NCBI RefSeq assembly: GCF_016127575.1
Contig: NZ_CP066019.1
Span: 1,320,001 to 1,352,000 of the forward strand
DNA from: Cupriavidus necator
GTDB lineage: Bacteria; Pseudomonadota; Gammaproteobacteria; Burkholderiales; Burkholderiaceae
Direction of reading: 5' to 3'
DNA: 32,000 bases
A program made the translations under genes and the position numbers. Below are positions 1 to 8,892 of this stretch, piece by piece; within the stretch, counting starts at the first letter, position 1, and the number at the start of each line of letters is the position of its first letter. Under the pieces are notes generated by a model that was not told where the DNA came from, ran no database searches, and saw nothing but the letters and a program-made list of their open reading frames with translations.

Positions 1-813
1 GCCAGCGCACACCGCCACCAGTCCGGCCAGCGGCCCGTTGTAGGCAAAGCCCGGGTCGTTGCGTCCGGCCGCCCAGGCCGCCAGCGTGCCGCCGGCCATT
101 GCCATCAGCGAGTTGATTGCCACCAGGCCGCTGACCTTGTCGACCGTCTGCGCGCTCATGACGTTGAAGCCGAACCAGCCCACCGCCAGCACCCAGGCGC
201 CTAGCGCCAGGAACGGGATGTTTGAGGGCGGATGGGCGCTGATGCGGCCGTCCTTCTGGTAGCGCCCGCGCCGTGCGCCCAGCAGCAGCACCGCGGGCAG
301 CGCGATCCAGCCGCCCAGCGCATGCACCACCACCGAGCCGGCGAAGTCATGGAATGGCGCGCCGGCCACGCGCGTAATCCAGTCCTGCACACCATAGCGC
401 TGGTTCCAGGCGATGCCTTCGAAGAACGGATAGACAAAACCTACCAGCACGAAGGTGGCGACCAGTTGCGGGTTGAAGCGTGAACGCTCGGCAATACCGC
501 CCGAGATAATCGCAGGAATGGCCGCGGCAAATGTCGCCAGGAAAAAGAACTTGACCAGTTCGTAACCGTTTTTCTGCGCCAGCGTTTCGGCCCCGGACAT
601 GAATTGCACGCCGTAGGCAATGGTGTAGCCGATAAAGAAATAGGCGATGGTCGAAACTGCAAAATCCACCAGGATCTTTACCAGTGCGTTGACCTGGTTC
701 TTCTTGCGCACCGTGCCCAGTTCCAGGAAGGCGAAGCCGGCGTGCATGGCCAGCACCATGATGGCGCCTAGCAGTATAAACAGGGCGTCGGTGCCGGTCT
801 TCCAGTCGTCCAT
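1..813 (-). CDS. amt: Ammonium transporter (Amt/MEP family); 3' end runs off the left edge of the window
   Basis: Missing from the ORF track because it has no stop inside the window. Hand translation from the reverse-strand ATG at 813-811 gives MDDWKTGTDALFILLGAIMVLAMHAGFAFLELGTVRKKNQVNALVKILVDF... and further on ...APFHDFAGSVVVHALGGWIA, which are typical Amt signatures. A GAGG Shine-Dalgarno lies 5 nt upstream. Confidence 0.85.
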   Translation of the reverse strand, partial: MDDWKTGTDALFILLGAIMVLAMHAGFAFLELGTVRKKNQVNALVKILVDFAVSTIAYFFIGYTIAYGVQFMSGAETLAQKNGYELVKFFFLATFAAAIPAIISGGIAERSRFNPQLVATFVLVGFVYPFFEGIAWNQRYGVQDWITRVAGAPFHDFAGSVVVHALGGWIALPAVLLLGARRGRYQKDGRISAHPPSNIPFLALGAWVLAVGWFGFNVMSAQTVDKVSGLVAINSLMAMAGGTLAAWAAGRNDPGFAYNGPLAGLVAVCAG

Positions 814-846
814 AGTGACCTCATGCTCAAAATGGGAGCGTGAGTA

Positions 847-862
847 CGCAAAAAGCATTCCA
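847..862 (-). promoter_or_regulatory. Candidate sigma-54 (-24/-12) promoter for amt
   Basis: The reverse strand reads TGGAATGCTTTTTGCG, i.e. GG-N10-GC with a TTGC -12 element (consensus TGGCAC-N5-TTGC). It sits about 35-50 nt upstream of the amt ATG. Confidence 0.4.
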
Positions 863-984
863 GCAACGGCCGCATCCTGGTGCCATGTGCACCTTGTCGG
901 GTAAAACCGCACCGGAATGCCGCGCGCAGGCAGGGGCGGGCGCTGCTGGTAGCGTTGCCGCTGGCATCGCCGTGATAGTGCAGA

Positions 985-1001
985 TGCGCCAAAATGGCGC
1001 G
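985..1001. promoter_or_regulatory. Candidate NtrC-type enhancer site
   Basis: TGCGCCAAAATGGCGCG is a dyad (GCGCCA-AAA-TGGCGC) resembling the NtrC consensus TGCACC-N5-GGTGCA (about 14/17). It lies about 125-140 bp upstream of the sigma-54-like element. Confidence 0.3.
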
Positions 1002-1322
1002 AAACGGCGGCGCGGGCTGAACCGTTATGGTGCGGCGCCCCATTTGTGGGAATCTATCCTATGCTGCTGGTTTGCCCCACGCGCGGGCCGGTCTGGCGTT
1101 GCCGCGCTGCGGGACGGCCCGGCAAAGCCGGCTTCTGGCAAGCGGGAAAAGCGTGGAAAATTGCCCGCTAACCGGCCTCAATCAAGGATTTGCGGGTTTT
1201 TTTGTCGCATTGGTGCCACTGGGGATTGCTCTACGCGCGACGGGCAGATTAGACTGCGCCGATCGATGGCTTTGCCGCGAGGCACGCACATCGGTGACGA
1301 CGACCAACAAGGGAAATCAGCC

Positions 1323-1604
1323 ATGAATAAAGGTGAACTGGTATCGGCCATCGCCGCGGAAGCAGAACTGAGCAATGCCGCCGCCGAGCGCGCGCTCAAC
1401 GCAGCGCTGGACAGTATCAAGAAGGCAGTGGCAAAGGGCGATTCGGTGACGCTGGTGGGCTTTGGCAGCTTCAGCGCCGGCAAACGCGCCGCCCGCACCG
1501 GCCGCAATCCGCGCACCGGTGAAACCATCAAGATCCCGGCCGCCAAGACGGTCAAGTTCTCTGCCGGGCAGGGTTTCAAGGACGCGGTGAACAAGAAGAA
1601 GTAA
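1323..1604 (+). CDS. hupB: Nucleoid-associated DNA-binding protein HU (beta-type)
   Basis: [93 protein letters not shown] is a canonical 90-aa HU/IHF fold sequence (RNPRTGE arm). An AAGGGA RBS precedes ATG 1323. The track ORF 840-1604 is an upstream over-extension. Confidence 0.95.
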   Translation: MNKGELVSAIAAEAELSNAAAERALNAALDSIKKAVAKGDSVTLVGFGSFSAGKRAARTGRNPRTGETIKIPAAKTVKFSAGQGFKDAVNKKK

Positions 1605-1625
1605 GCAGTTTGCGTCCACAGCGTG

Positions 1626-1652
1626 AAAAGCGGCCTTGCAGGCCGCTTTTTT
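1626..1652 (+). terminator. Rho-independent terminator after hupB
   Basis: AAAA-GCGGCC-TTGCA-GGCCGC-TTTTTT: a 6-bp GC stem, 5-nt loop and T6 tail, with an upstream A-tract that makes it potentially bidirectional. Confidence 0.8.
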
Positions 1653-1814
1653 GTTGCCTGGCACGGCCACGCCTGCCGGTACCGGGCTGCAGCCGGCAAC
1701 GGCGGGCACGATCCGGGTTAAACTGCCGGCGCCAGCGTTCCGGCGTGCAGTCAGGCAATGCCGCCGTCGCAGGTTCGCCCCAGAAATCCCGCCCCCGCAA
1801 TCCGTACCCGCATC

Positions 1815-2300
1815 ATGAACGATCTGTCCCACCAGCTTTCCATGACCGTGCTGATGACGCCGGACATGGCCAACTTCTCCGGCAACGTCCACGGCGGCAC
1901 CATCCTCAAGTACCTGGACATGGTTGCCTATGCGTGCGCCAGCCGCTACGCCGGCCGCTACGTGGTAACGCTGTCGGTCGACCAGGTGGTGTTTCGCCAG
2001 CCGATCCACGTGGGCGAGCTGGTGACCTTCCTGGCCTCGGTCAACTTCACCGGCCGCAGCTCGATGGAAATCGGCATCAAGGTGGTGACGGAAAATATCC
2101 GCAGCAAGCTGGTGCGCCATACCAACAGCTGCTACTTCACCATGGTGGCCGTGGACGACAACGGCACGCCGGCCGAGGTGCCGCCGCTGGAGCCGCGCGA
2201 CGAGGTGGAGCGCCAGCGCTTTGCCGCCGCCCAGCAGCGCCGCGCGCTGCGCCAGGAAATGGAAAAGCGCCACGACGACATCAAGTCGTCGGTGACCTGA
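1815..2300 (+). CDS. Acyl-CoA thioesterase (hotdog fold, YciA/BFIT-like)
   Basis: [45 protein letters not shown]...[20 protein letters not shown] matches the acyl-CoA hydrolase family. I chose the internal ATG at 1815 within track ORF 1758-2300. Confidence 0.8.
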   Translation: MNDLSHQLSMTVLMTPDMANFSGNVHGGTILKYLDMVAYACASRYAGRYVVTLSVDQVVFRQPIHVGELVTFLASVNFTGRSSMEIGIKVVTENIRSKLVRHTNSCYFTMVAVDDNGTPAEVPPLEPRDEVERQRFAAAQQRRALRQEMEKRHDDIKSSVT

Positions 2301-2311
2301 ATACCCCCGCC

Positions 2312-2794
2312 ATGAAGCGCTACTGCAATCGCATCCGCACGGTCCTGGCCGTCGTCTGTCTGACGGCCGCCTCGGGCGCCCACGCCGAGGAGATCGGCAG
2401 CGTCAGTACCAATTTCCGCATGACCGGCTCCGACAAGGTCGTGATCGAAGCCTATGACGACCCCCAGGTGGACGGCGTGACCTGCTATGTGTCGCGCGCC
2501 CGCACGGGCGGCATCAAGGGCCAGCTGGGCATGGCCGAAGACCCGCCGGAGGCATCGATCGCCTGCCGGCAGGTGGCCACGATTGCCTTCAAGGGGCCGA
2601 TCCGGCAACAGGACAACGTCTTCTCCGAACGCATGTCGATCCTGTTCAAGGCCCTGCATGTCGTGCGCGCGGTCGACCGCAAGCGCAATACGCTGGTGTA
2701 CCTGACGTACTCCGACCGCATTGTCAGCGGCAGCCCGCAGAACAGCGTCACCGCCGTGCCGGTGCCGGCCGGCACGGTTATCCCGGTGAAGTAA
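2312..2794 (+). CDS. creA: CreA family protein (secreted, signal peptide)
   Basis: N-terminal signal peptide [25 protein letters not shown], then [29 protein letters not shown]...[18 protein letters not shown], characteristic of CreA. Confidence 0.75.
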   Translation: MKRYCNRIRTVLAVVCLTAASGAHAEEIGSVSTNFRMTGSDKVVIEAYDDPQVDGVTCYVSRARTGGIKGQLGMAEDPPEASIACRQVATIAFKGPIRQQDNVFSERMSILFKALHVVRAVDRKRNTLVYLTYSDRIVSGSPQNSVTAVPVPAGTVIPVK

Positions 2795-2826
2795 CCCTGC
2801 AGCAGCCGGCCCCGGCACCTGGTGGA

Positions 2827-3669
2827 TCAGGGCGCCAGCGCCGCGCTCTCCGCCTGGCAGTCGCGCGACGGGCGCGCGCCGCTGGCGCGTGCCGCCGCCA
2901 CTTCGCGGCGGGCGCGGTCCAGGTCGGCGCGGAAGGTGGGGTCGGCATGCAGCCGCGCCACCGTTGCCGCGGCCATCATGCGGCCCTCGTTGACATCGCT
3001 TTGCCAGTGCACGTTGCAGACCACGCGGCTCTGGCCGAACGCGCGCCCGCGCGCCAGGATGTCATTGGCGCGTTCCGGCTCGACCTCAGCCAGGATCAGC
3101 GCCCAGGCCCAGCCGATGGCGCTGTGGCCGGACGGGTACGAACCGTCCTTTTCCAGCTTGGCGGTCTCGGCCGGCGTGCACATCTGGGTCTTGTTGGCAA
3201 CGAAGGGGCGTGTGCGCTTGTAGTGGTCCTTGGCCTTGTAGGTGGACAGGCCGGCATCGACCAGGCTGCGGCGCAGCAGGATGTTCAGGTACGGCGTTTC
3301 TTTCTCGCTGACCGGCACGCCCAGCGCGCAGGAGAATGCGCTGGCGGCCTGCGGGAACGTCAACACGGCATCCTCGCCAGCCACTTGCCAGCGCGGTGAA
3401 CCGCGCAGCGTCCCGGCCTGCCGCGCGGCATCCTCATCCAGCGCCAGCGCTGCCGAGCCCTGCGCCGGCGGCGCGGGCAGCAGCTTCAGGCTGTCCGGGC
3501 GCGCGTCGGTAGCCAGGTAGCCGGCAGGCACGCCCGGGCGCAGTTCCGGCACCGCGGACAGGTTGGTGCCGCCGGCGGCGCAGCCAGCCACCAGGGCGGC
3601 GAGTGCCACCGCGATAGTTGCCCGCACCGGGGCGGACGGGGAGTGGTCACGCTTTGCTTGTTCCGTCAA
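2827..3669 (-). CDS. Class A bacterial acid phosphatase (PAP2 superfamily), lipoprotein
   Basis: PAP2 motifs KDHYKRTRP ... PSGH ... SRVVCNVHWQSD, and a lipobox LVAGC near the N-terminus. TTG start at 3669 preceded by AAGGAA at 7 nt. Confidence 0.85.
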   Translation of the reverse strand: MTEQAKRDHSPSAPVRATIAVALAALVAGCAAGGTNLSAVPELRPGVPAGYLATDARPDSLKLLPAPPAQGSAALALDEDAARQAGTLRGSPRWQVAGEDAVLTFPQAASAFSCALGVPVSEKETPYLNILLRRSLVDAGLSTYKAKDHYKRTRPFVANKTQMCTPAETAKLEKDGSYPSGHSAIGWAWALILAEVEPERANDILARGRAFGQSRVVCNVHWQSDVNEGRMMAAATVARLHADPTFRADLDRARREVAAARASGARPSRDCQAESAALAP

Positions 3670-3716
3670 TTTGTCGTTCCTTGTTGTTCTTGTCGAGTCG
3701 GCGCTCCTGCCGCAGC

Positions 3717-5465
3717 TCAGGTGGCAGCGTCGAACAGCTTGCGCAGGTTCGACTTCAGGATCTTGCCATTGGCATTGCGCGGCAGCATCTCCTGGTAAAT
3801 CAGGATACGCACCGGCACCTTGAATGCCGCCAGCCGGGTGCGCACGAAATCCTGCAGCTCGGCCTCGCTTGCCTGCATGCCGGGCTTCAGGCTGATCACC
3901 GCGGCCGGTTCTTCGCCCAGCGTCTTGTGCGCGAGTCCGACCACCGCGGCATCCATCACCGCGGGATGCTCGTACAGGGTGCTTTCCACCTCGATGCAGT
4001 AGATGTTCTCGCCGCCGCGGATCAGCATGTCCTTCATCCGGTCGACGATATAGACGTAGCCTTCCTCATCCAGCCGCGCAATGTCGCCGGTGCGCAGCCA
4101 GCCGTCGGCAAAGGTCTGCGCCGTGGCCTCGGGCTTGTTCCAGTAGCCGCGCACGACATTGGCACCGCGCGCCATCAGCTCGCCGGTTGCGCCGGGTGGC
4201 AAGGCGCGGCCGTGCCCGTCCACCACCTTCATCTCGCCGATCGGCAGCGCCGGGCCGCTGCTGTCCGGGCGCATCACGTATTCCTCGGCGCTGTGGCTGG
4301 TGAAGGTGGACGACGTTTCCGTCATGCCCCAGCCGATGCCGGGAGCGGCCAGCGGGAATACCTCACCGATGCGCCGCACCAGTTCGGGAGATGCCGGCGC
4401 GCCGCCGTAGTTGACGTTCTCCAGCGAGGACAGGTCGAAGCGGCCGCGCTCCGGATGCTCCAGGATCTGCCACGCGATGGTGGGCACGCCGCCGGCCGCG
4501 GTGCAGCGCTCGCGCTCGATCAGCTCCATGCCGCGCAGCGCGTCCCAGCGGTGCATCAGCACGATCTTTCCGCCGGTGGCGATGGCGCCGTTGAGCACCG
4601 CCATGCAGCCGGTGACATGGAAGAACGGCACCGCCAGCAACATGGCCTTTTGCGGCGCGGCGGGGTCCGGCGCGGGAATCGGCTCGCCCCGGCGCAACAG
4701 GTTGCGCATCGGGCTGAAGCTGCCTGCAACGGCCACGTTGGTGGAGTTGCGGTGCGTGCCGAGCGCGCCCTTGGGTTTGCCGGTGGTGCCCGAGGTGTAG
4801 AAGATGGTGGCGTCGTCGTCCGGATCGATATCGACCTGCGGCGGCGCCTGGTCTGGCAGCGCGGCCCAGTCAGCCGGGCAGCCGATCACGCTTTCCAGCG
4901 GGGCCACGCGCGGCTCGGCCGCGGTGCCGCCGGCACGTGAGGCATAGATGCGTTCCAGCGCCGGGCAGCCCGGCAGGTGTTCCAGGATGCGGTCGAGCCG
5001 TTCGGCATCGACGATCGCCACGCGGCTGCCGGAATCGGCCAGGCCGTACTCCAGCTCGGCCCCGGTCCACCAGGCATTGAGCGGCGTCACGATGGCACCC
5101 GCCAGCAGCGCGCCGTAGAACGCCACCGGCCATTCAGGCAGGTTGCGCATGGCTACGGCCACGCGGTCGCCCTTGCGCACGCCATCGCGCACCAGTGCAT
5201 GGGCGAGGGCGATGGCGGCGCGACGGAAGGCATCGTAGGAGACGCGCTCGTCCTCATAGACCACGAAGGTGCGGTCGGCAAACGCGCGCGTGTTCAGCAA
5301 CAGCTCGCGCAGCGTGGGCGGTGCGTTCTTCCAGACGGTGGTGGGGATGCCGCGGATCACGCGCGTTTCGGTTTCGAACGGCGCGCCGGGCGCGGTAAGC
5401 CGGGCGTGGGCCTCGGCCAGCGACATGACCGGCCAGGTGCCGGCCAACTGCGGATTGCTCGACAT
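3717..5465 (-). CDS. AMP-dependent acyl-CoA synthetase/ligase (fatty-acid-CoA ligase-like)
   Basis: AMP-binding motifs IFYTSGTTGKPKGA, GWGMTE, TGDIARLDEEGYVYIVDRMKD and NANGKILK. I chose the start at MSSNPQ (ATG 5465), which has a GGGAGG RBS; the track ORF extends to 5546. Confidence 0.9.
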   Translation of the reverse strand: MSSNPQLAGTWPVMSLAEAHARLTAPGAPFETETRVIRGIPTTVWKNAPPTLRELLLNTRAFADRTFVVYEDERVSYDAFRRAAIALAHALVRDGVRKGDRVAVAMRNLPEWPVAFYGALLAGAIVTPLNAWWTGAELEYGLADSGSRVAIVDAERLDRILEHLPGCPALERIYASRAGGTAAEPRVAPLESVIGCPADWAALPDQAPPQVDIDPDDDATIFYTSGTTGKPKGALGTHRNSTNVAVAGSFSPMRNLLRRGEPIPAPDPAAPQKAMLLAVPFFHVTGCMAVLNGAIATGGKIVLMHRWDALRGMELIERERCTAAGGVPTIAWQILEHPERGRFDLSSLENVNYGGAPASPELVRRIGEVFPLAAPGIGWGMTETSSTFTSHSAEEYVMRPDSSGPALPIGEMKVVDGHGRALPPGATGELMARGANVVRGYWNKPEATAQTFADGWLRTGDIARLDEEGYVYIVDRMKDMLIRGGENIYCIEVESTLYEHPAVMDAAVVGLAHKTLGEEPAAVISLKPGMQASEAELQDFVRTRLAAFKVPVRILIYQEMLPRNANGKILKSNLRKLFDAAT

Positions 5466-5514
5466 GACTGCCTCCCGGAACTGCATTGCAGGTTGAGGGA
5501 AATGCAGGAAAGCG

Positions 5515-5544
5515 GCGGGCGCCGGCCTCAAGGCCGGCGCCCGC
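5515..5544 (-). terminator. Strong GC hairpin downstream of the SDR gene (possible terminator or REP-like element)
   Basis: Perfect 13-bp stem GCGGGCGCCGGCC-TCAA-GGCCGGCGCCCGC. On the reverse strand it is followed by CGCTTTCC, which is only a weak U-tract. Confidence 0.45.
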
Positions 5545-5562
5545 AACGCTGGGGTCAGACGC

Positions 5563-6327
5563 TCAGATGGTCACGCCGCCGTCCACGACCAGCGCCTGGC
5601 CGGTCATGAAGGTGCTGGCCGCCGACGCCAGGTAGACCGCCGCCCCGGCAATCTCGACGGGTTCGCCGATGCGGCGCAGCGGCGCGCCCTGGGTGGACTG
5701 CTTGTAGCGCTCGGGATCTTCCCACAGCGCGCGCGCAAAGTCGGTCTTGATCAGCCCCGGCGCGATGCAGTTCACGCGCACGTTGTGCGGCCCGAACTCT
5801 ACGGCGAGGTTGCGCGCCAGCTGGAAGTCGGCGGCCTTGGAGATGTTGTACACGCCGATGGTGGGCGAGCCGCGCAGGCCGCCGATCGACGACACGATGA
5901 TGATCGAGCCGTCCTTGCGGTCGATCATCTGCGGGGCCACCATCTGGATCAGCCAGTGGTTGGAGATGACGTTGTTGTCCAGCACCTTGCGGAACTGGTC
6001 GTCCGACACGCCGCTCATGGGCCCGTAGTACGGGTTGGACGCGGCATTGCAGACCAGCACGTCGATCTTGCCGAAGGCGCGGTTGGTCTCGTCGACCAGG
6101 CGCTGCAGGTCGTCCTTTGAAGAAATATTGGCAGGGACCGCGATCGCGGTGCCGGCGCCGTGGCGGGCGTTGATGGCATCCACCACTTCCTGGCAGGCCT
6201 CGATCTTGCGCGAAGAAATGACCACCTTGGCGCCCTGGACGGCCATCTGCTCGGCGATGGCGCGGCCAATCCCGCGCGAGGAGCCGGTGACGATGGCAAC
6301 CTTGCCCGTCAGATCAAACAATGACAT
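5563..6327 (-). CDS. Short-chain dehydrogenase/reductase (SDR) family oxidoreductase
   Basis: TGSSRGIG cofactor motif, NAAS, catalytic YNISKAA. 254 aa. AGGAGA RBS. Confidence 0.9.
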   Translation of the reverse strand: MSLFDLTGKVAIVTGSSRGIGRAIAEQMAVQGAKVVISSRKIEACQEVVDAINARHGAGTAIAVPANISSKDDLQRLVDETNRAFGKIDVLVCNAASNPYYGPMSGVSDDQFRKVLDNNVISNHWLIQMVAPQMIDRKDGSIIIVSSIGGLRGSPTIGVYNISKAADFQLARNLAVEFGPHNVRVNCIAPGLIKTDFARALWEDPERYKQSTQGAPLRRIGEPVEIAGAAVYLASAASTFMTGQALVVDGGVTI

Positions 6328-6532
6328 GGAGTCTCCTGTATGGCTGCGCCGGCGTCAGGGGCCGGCTTTGTCCTGGCGACGCGCCCGCAGGCAGCATCGC
6401 CGGGACATTATGGTGGCGCCGCTGGCCCCAGTCCACAGGCCCGGGTGCCGTGCGCCGGCCATATCAGGATTCTTTCTGCGGGCAATGCGCGCCGTGCATG
6501 GCAGGCATGCTGCATAGCAGAATAATGGCGCC

Positions 6533-7399
6533 TCAGGTGCCAGAGGATGCCGTTGCGGGCGCCAGCAGCGCTGGCAGGGCGTCGGCCAGGCCACGCCGCA
6601 GCTCATCGTCCAGCAGCACGCCAAAGCGATCCGACAAGGCCTGCACCACGGCCTCGGGCGAGGCCAGCCGGGTTCGGCGCACGGTGCCGTCAGCTGCGCG
6701 CTCGGCCAGCTCGCCGTCGGCCAGCGTCACGCGGGTGCCGCCGTCGGTGCGCGCGGCCATCAGCCGCTGCAGGAATACGCTGTCAGGGTGCGTCGATACA
6801 TACCAGTTGCGCGGCACGAAATCGATCCACGGCTGCGGTGTCAGGTCGAAGCGGTAGACCTTGATCCAGCCGGCATCGCCGCGCGCCTCCAGGTCGTAGC
6901 TGTGGAACGCGGTGGCGGAGGTCTGCGGCGGCGAAGGCGCCAGACGGTAGGGGAAGCTGTCATCGGCCGGCTCGGACAGCGGCATCGCCCTGTATGGCGT
7001 GGGGCCGCCGAAGCCGACATCGGCGAGGTAGCTGCGATGCGCCACCTCCACCCGCAGCAGCATGTGCGAGGTCGCGGTCGGCACGTCGTCGGGAACGCCC
7101 CAGCGCACGCGCGCGGCCAGCGGCGTCACAACGTAGCCGAGCGCGCTCAGCCCGGCCGCAAGCAGGGTATTGAGTTCAAAGCAGTAGCCGCCACGACGGC
7201 GCGCGACGAGCTTGTCGAAGACCGCATCCAGCTCGATCCGTACTGGCCGTCGCAGCAGCGGATCGACGTTTTCGAACGGAATGCTGGCCAGGTGCGCGGC
7301 CAGTACGATATCCAGCGCTTCCAGCGTGGGCGAGGGCGGGGCGGCGATGCCGAGGCGCGCGAGCCAGGCATCCTGTTGGGGTGCGTCCAGGGTCATCAT
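6533..7399 (-). CDS. Arylamine N-acetyltransferase (NAT)
   Basis: Catalytic Cys context RRGGYCFELN, plus SHMLLRV (His) and YLADVGFG (Asp) forming the NAT Cys-His-Asp triad. 288 aa. Confidence 0.85.
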   Translation of the reverse strand: MMTLDAPQQDAWLARLGIAAPPSPTLEALDIVLAAHLASIPFENVDPLLRRPVRIELDAVFDKLVARRRGGYCFELNTLLAAGLSALGYVVTPLAARVRWGVPDDVPTATSHMLLRVEVAHRSYLADVGFGGPTPYRAMPLSEPADDSFPYRLAPSPPQTSATAFHSYDLEARGDAGWIKVYRFDLTPQPWIDFVPRNWYVSTHPDSVFLQRLMAARTDGGTRVTLADGELAERAADGTVRRTRLASPEAVVQALSDRFGVLLDDELRRGLADALPALLAPATASSGT

Positions 7400-7426
7400 G
7401 GTGTGCGGGGCTCCGGTGCGATGCGT

Positions 7427-8179
7427 TCAGTTGAGCGCTTCCAGCGCCGGCAGGTCAAGCAGTTCGATGCCGCCATACTCCAGCCGCAGCAGCCCGCGCG
7501 CTTCCAGTTCGCGCAGCGCGTGGTTCACGGTCTGGCGTGACAGGCCCAGCATCTGCGCCAGCTGCTCCTGCGGGATGCGCACGCGCTGCGTGGCCTGGAT
7601 CTGCGGCAGGTTGCCGTAGCCATGTGCGATCGCGGCCAGGCGCCGGGCAATGCGGGCCGCCGGCGGCAGCAACTGCGCTTCCTCGACATAGTTGAAGGCC
7701 TGGCGCGTCTTGGCTGCCAGCAATTGCCCGAAGGCCTGCCACCATGCCGGCTGCTGCGCCAGGCGCTGCTCCAGGCTGGAGCGCGTCACATGCCACAGTG
7801 TCGTGGCGCTGACCGCGCGCGCGTCGTGGGTGCGCGGCAGGCCGTCGAACAGGCAGATCTCGCCGAACCAGGTGCCGGGTTCCAGCAGCCCGAGCAACGC
7901 CGCCTTGCCCGATTCGCCGCTGGCGTGGATCTGCATGGTGCCGCTGGCGACACAATACAGGCCGTCGAAACGGTCGCCGCGGGCAAAGAGCGTCTCGCCG
8001 GCCACCAGCCGGCGCAGGCTGCCGTCATCGAGCAGTGCCTGGCGCAGTGCGGGCGGCAACTGGCTGAACCAGGCGCCGGCACGTACGGCAGCAAGCGCAT
8101 CGTCGCGCGGCGGCACCGTGCCGGGCAGTTTGCCGGCGAGTTGCGGTTGAGGGCGTTGCGGCGGGCTCGCCAGTCCCAT
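7427..8179 (-). CDS. Crp/Fnr family transcriptional regulator
   Basis: cNMP-binding-like beta-roll (GTWFGEICLFDG) and a C-terminal HTH (QEQLAQMLGLSRQTVNHALRELEARG). AAGGAGA RBS 5 nt upstream of ATG 8179. Confidence 0.85.
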   Translation of the reverse strand: MGLASPPQRPQPQLAGKLPGTVPPRDDALAAVRAGAWFSQLPPALRQALLDDGSLRRLVAGETLFARGDRFDGLYCVASGTMQIHASGESGKAALLGLLEPGTWFGEICLFDGLPRTHDARAVSATTLWHVTRSSLEQRLAQQPAWWQAFGQLLAAKTRQAFNYVEEAQLLPPAARIARRLAAIAHGYGNLPQIQATQRVRIPQEQLAQMLGLSRQTVNHALRELEARGLLRLEYGGIELLDLPALEALN

Positions 8180-8252
8180 GCCGGTCTCCTTTCATATGGG
8201 GTTGTGCCGGGTGTCAGCAGGGACACACAAGGGCACGCTGCGACGGTCCGGA

Positions 8253-8270
8253 CTGTCAAAAACCTGACAG
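8253..8270. promoter_or_regulatory. Candidate Crp/Fnr-type operator in the divergent crp-family/DUF962 intergenic region
   Basis: CTGTCA-AAAACC-TGACAG is a TGTCA-N6-TGACA dyad with the same geometry as the CRP site TGTGA-N6-TCACA. A TATAAA -10-like hexamer lies at 8294-8299, so the dyad centre is about 41-45 bp upstream of the expected + strand start site. Confidence 0.35.
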
Positions 8271-8394
8271 ACCAGACTGTGCGCGCCCACTACTATAAAT
8301 CCACATCCCGCCCGCCGCGCAGCAGCAGGCGGCAGCGTCCGGCCGCCCTTGCGGCGCGGCACGCGCACGCCTGCGCATACAAGGAGATACCCCC

Positions 8395-8892
8395 GTGAAA
8401 ACCCTGATCGAACACCTGGCCAACTACGCCGCCTACCATCGCGACCCGCGCAACGTCTTTACGCACTTCATTGGCATTCCGATGATCGTGCTGGCAGTGA
8501 CGACGCTGCTGGCGCGCCCGGCGCTGCCGCTGGGCGACGGCTCTGCCTACCTGACGCCGGCGATGCTGCTGTACATCCTGTCGTGCCTGTTCTACCTGCG
8601 CCTGTCGCTGGTGTTCGGGGTGGCGATGGCGGTCATCCTGGCGTTCTTCCTCTATGCCGGCGCCCACATCGCGGCGATGCCCACCGCCTGGTGGCTTGCC
8701 ATCGGCCTTGGCCTGTTCGTGGTGGGATGGGTGATCCAGTTCATCGGCCACTATTACGAGGGGCGCAAGCCGGCCTTCGTCGACGACCTGGTCGGCCTGC
8801 TGATCGGTCCGCTGTTCCTGGTGGCGGAAACCGCCTTTGCGCTGGGGCTGGCACGCGGCACGCGCGAGGCCATGGCCGCCCGCGCGCACTGA
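8395..8892 (+). CDS. DUF962 / Mpo1-like membrane protein
   Basis: MKTLIEHLANYAAYHRDPRNVFTHFIGIPMIV... and ...GWVIQFIGHYYEGRKPAFVDDL are typical of the YGL010w/Mpo1-like family. GTG start with AAGGAGA RBS. Confidence 0.7.
   Translation: MKTLIEHLANYAAYHRDPRNVFTHFIGIPMIVLAVTTLLARPALPLGDGSAYLTPAMLLYILSCLFYLRLSLVFGVAMAVILAFFLYAGAHIAAMPTAWWLAIGLGLFVVGWVIQFIGHYYEGRKPAFVDDLVGLLIGPLFLVAETAFALGLARGTREAMAARAH

Noticed and set aside
840-1322. N-terminal extensions of track ORFs: 840-1604 for hupB, 19415-19600 for cls, 22016-22126 for the lipoprotein, 30735-30920 for thioredoxin, 10909-11076 for the response regulator, 16334-16501 for the MCP.
   Set aside because: Internal starts coincide with family-typical N-termini and have Shine-Dalgarno sequences. 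The extensions are low-complexity and cross obvious promoter and terminator elements.
1317-2273. Long antisense or alternative-frame ORFs throughout the track. Examples: 1317-2273(-), 3618-4940(+), 6788-7540(+), 9208-10971(+), 14747-16567(+), 17413-18309(-), 20095-21099(+), 21143-22045(-), 27472-28446(+), 28859-30394(-).
   Set aside because: They fully overlap ORFs with clear family motifs. Their translations are Arg/Ala/Gly/Pro-rich with no motifs, which is the expected artefact of stop-codon depletion in ~67% GC DNA.
6499-6514. Good sigma-54-like match, TGGCAGGCATGCTGCA (GG-N10-GC), on the + strand.
   Set aside because: It points into the 3' end of the reverse-strand NAT gene, with no + strand gene downstream. 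The sequence is also part of a small GCATG/CATGC hairpin. It is most likely a chance match.
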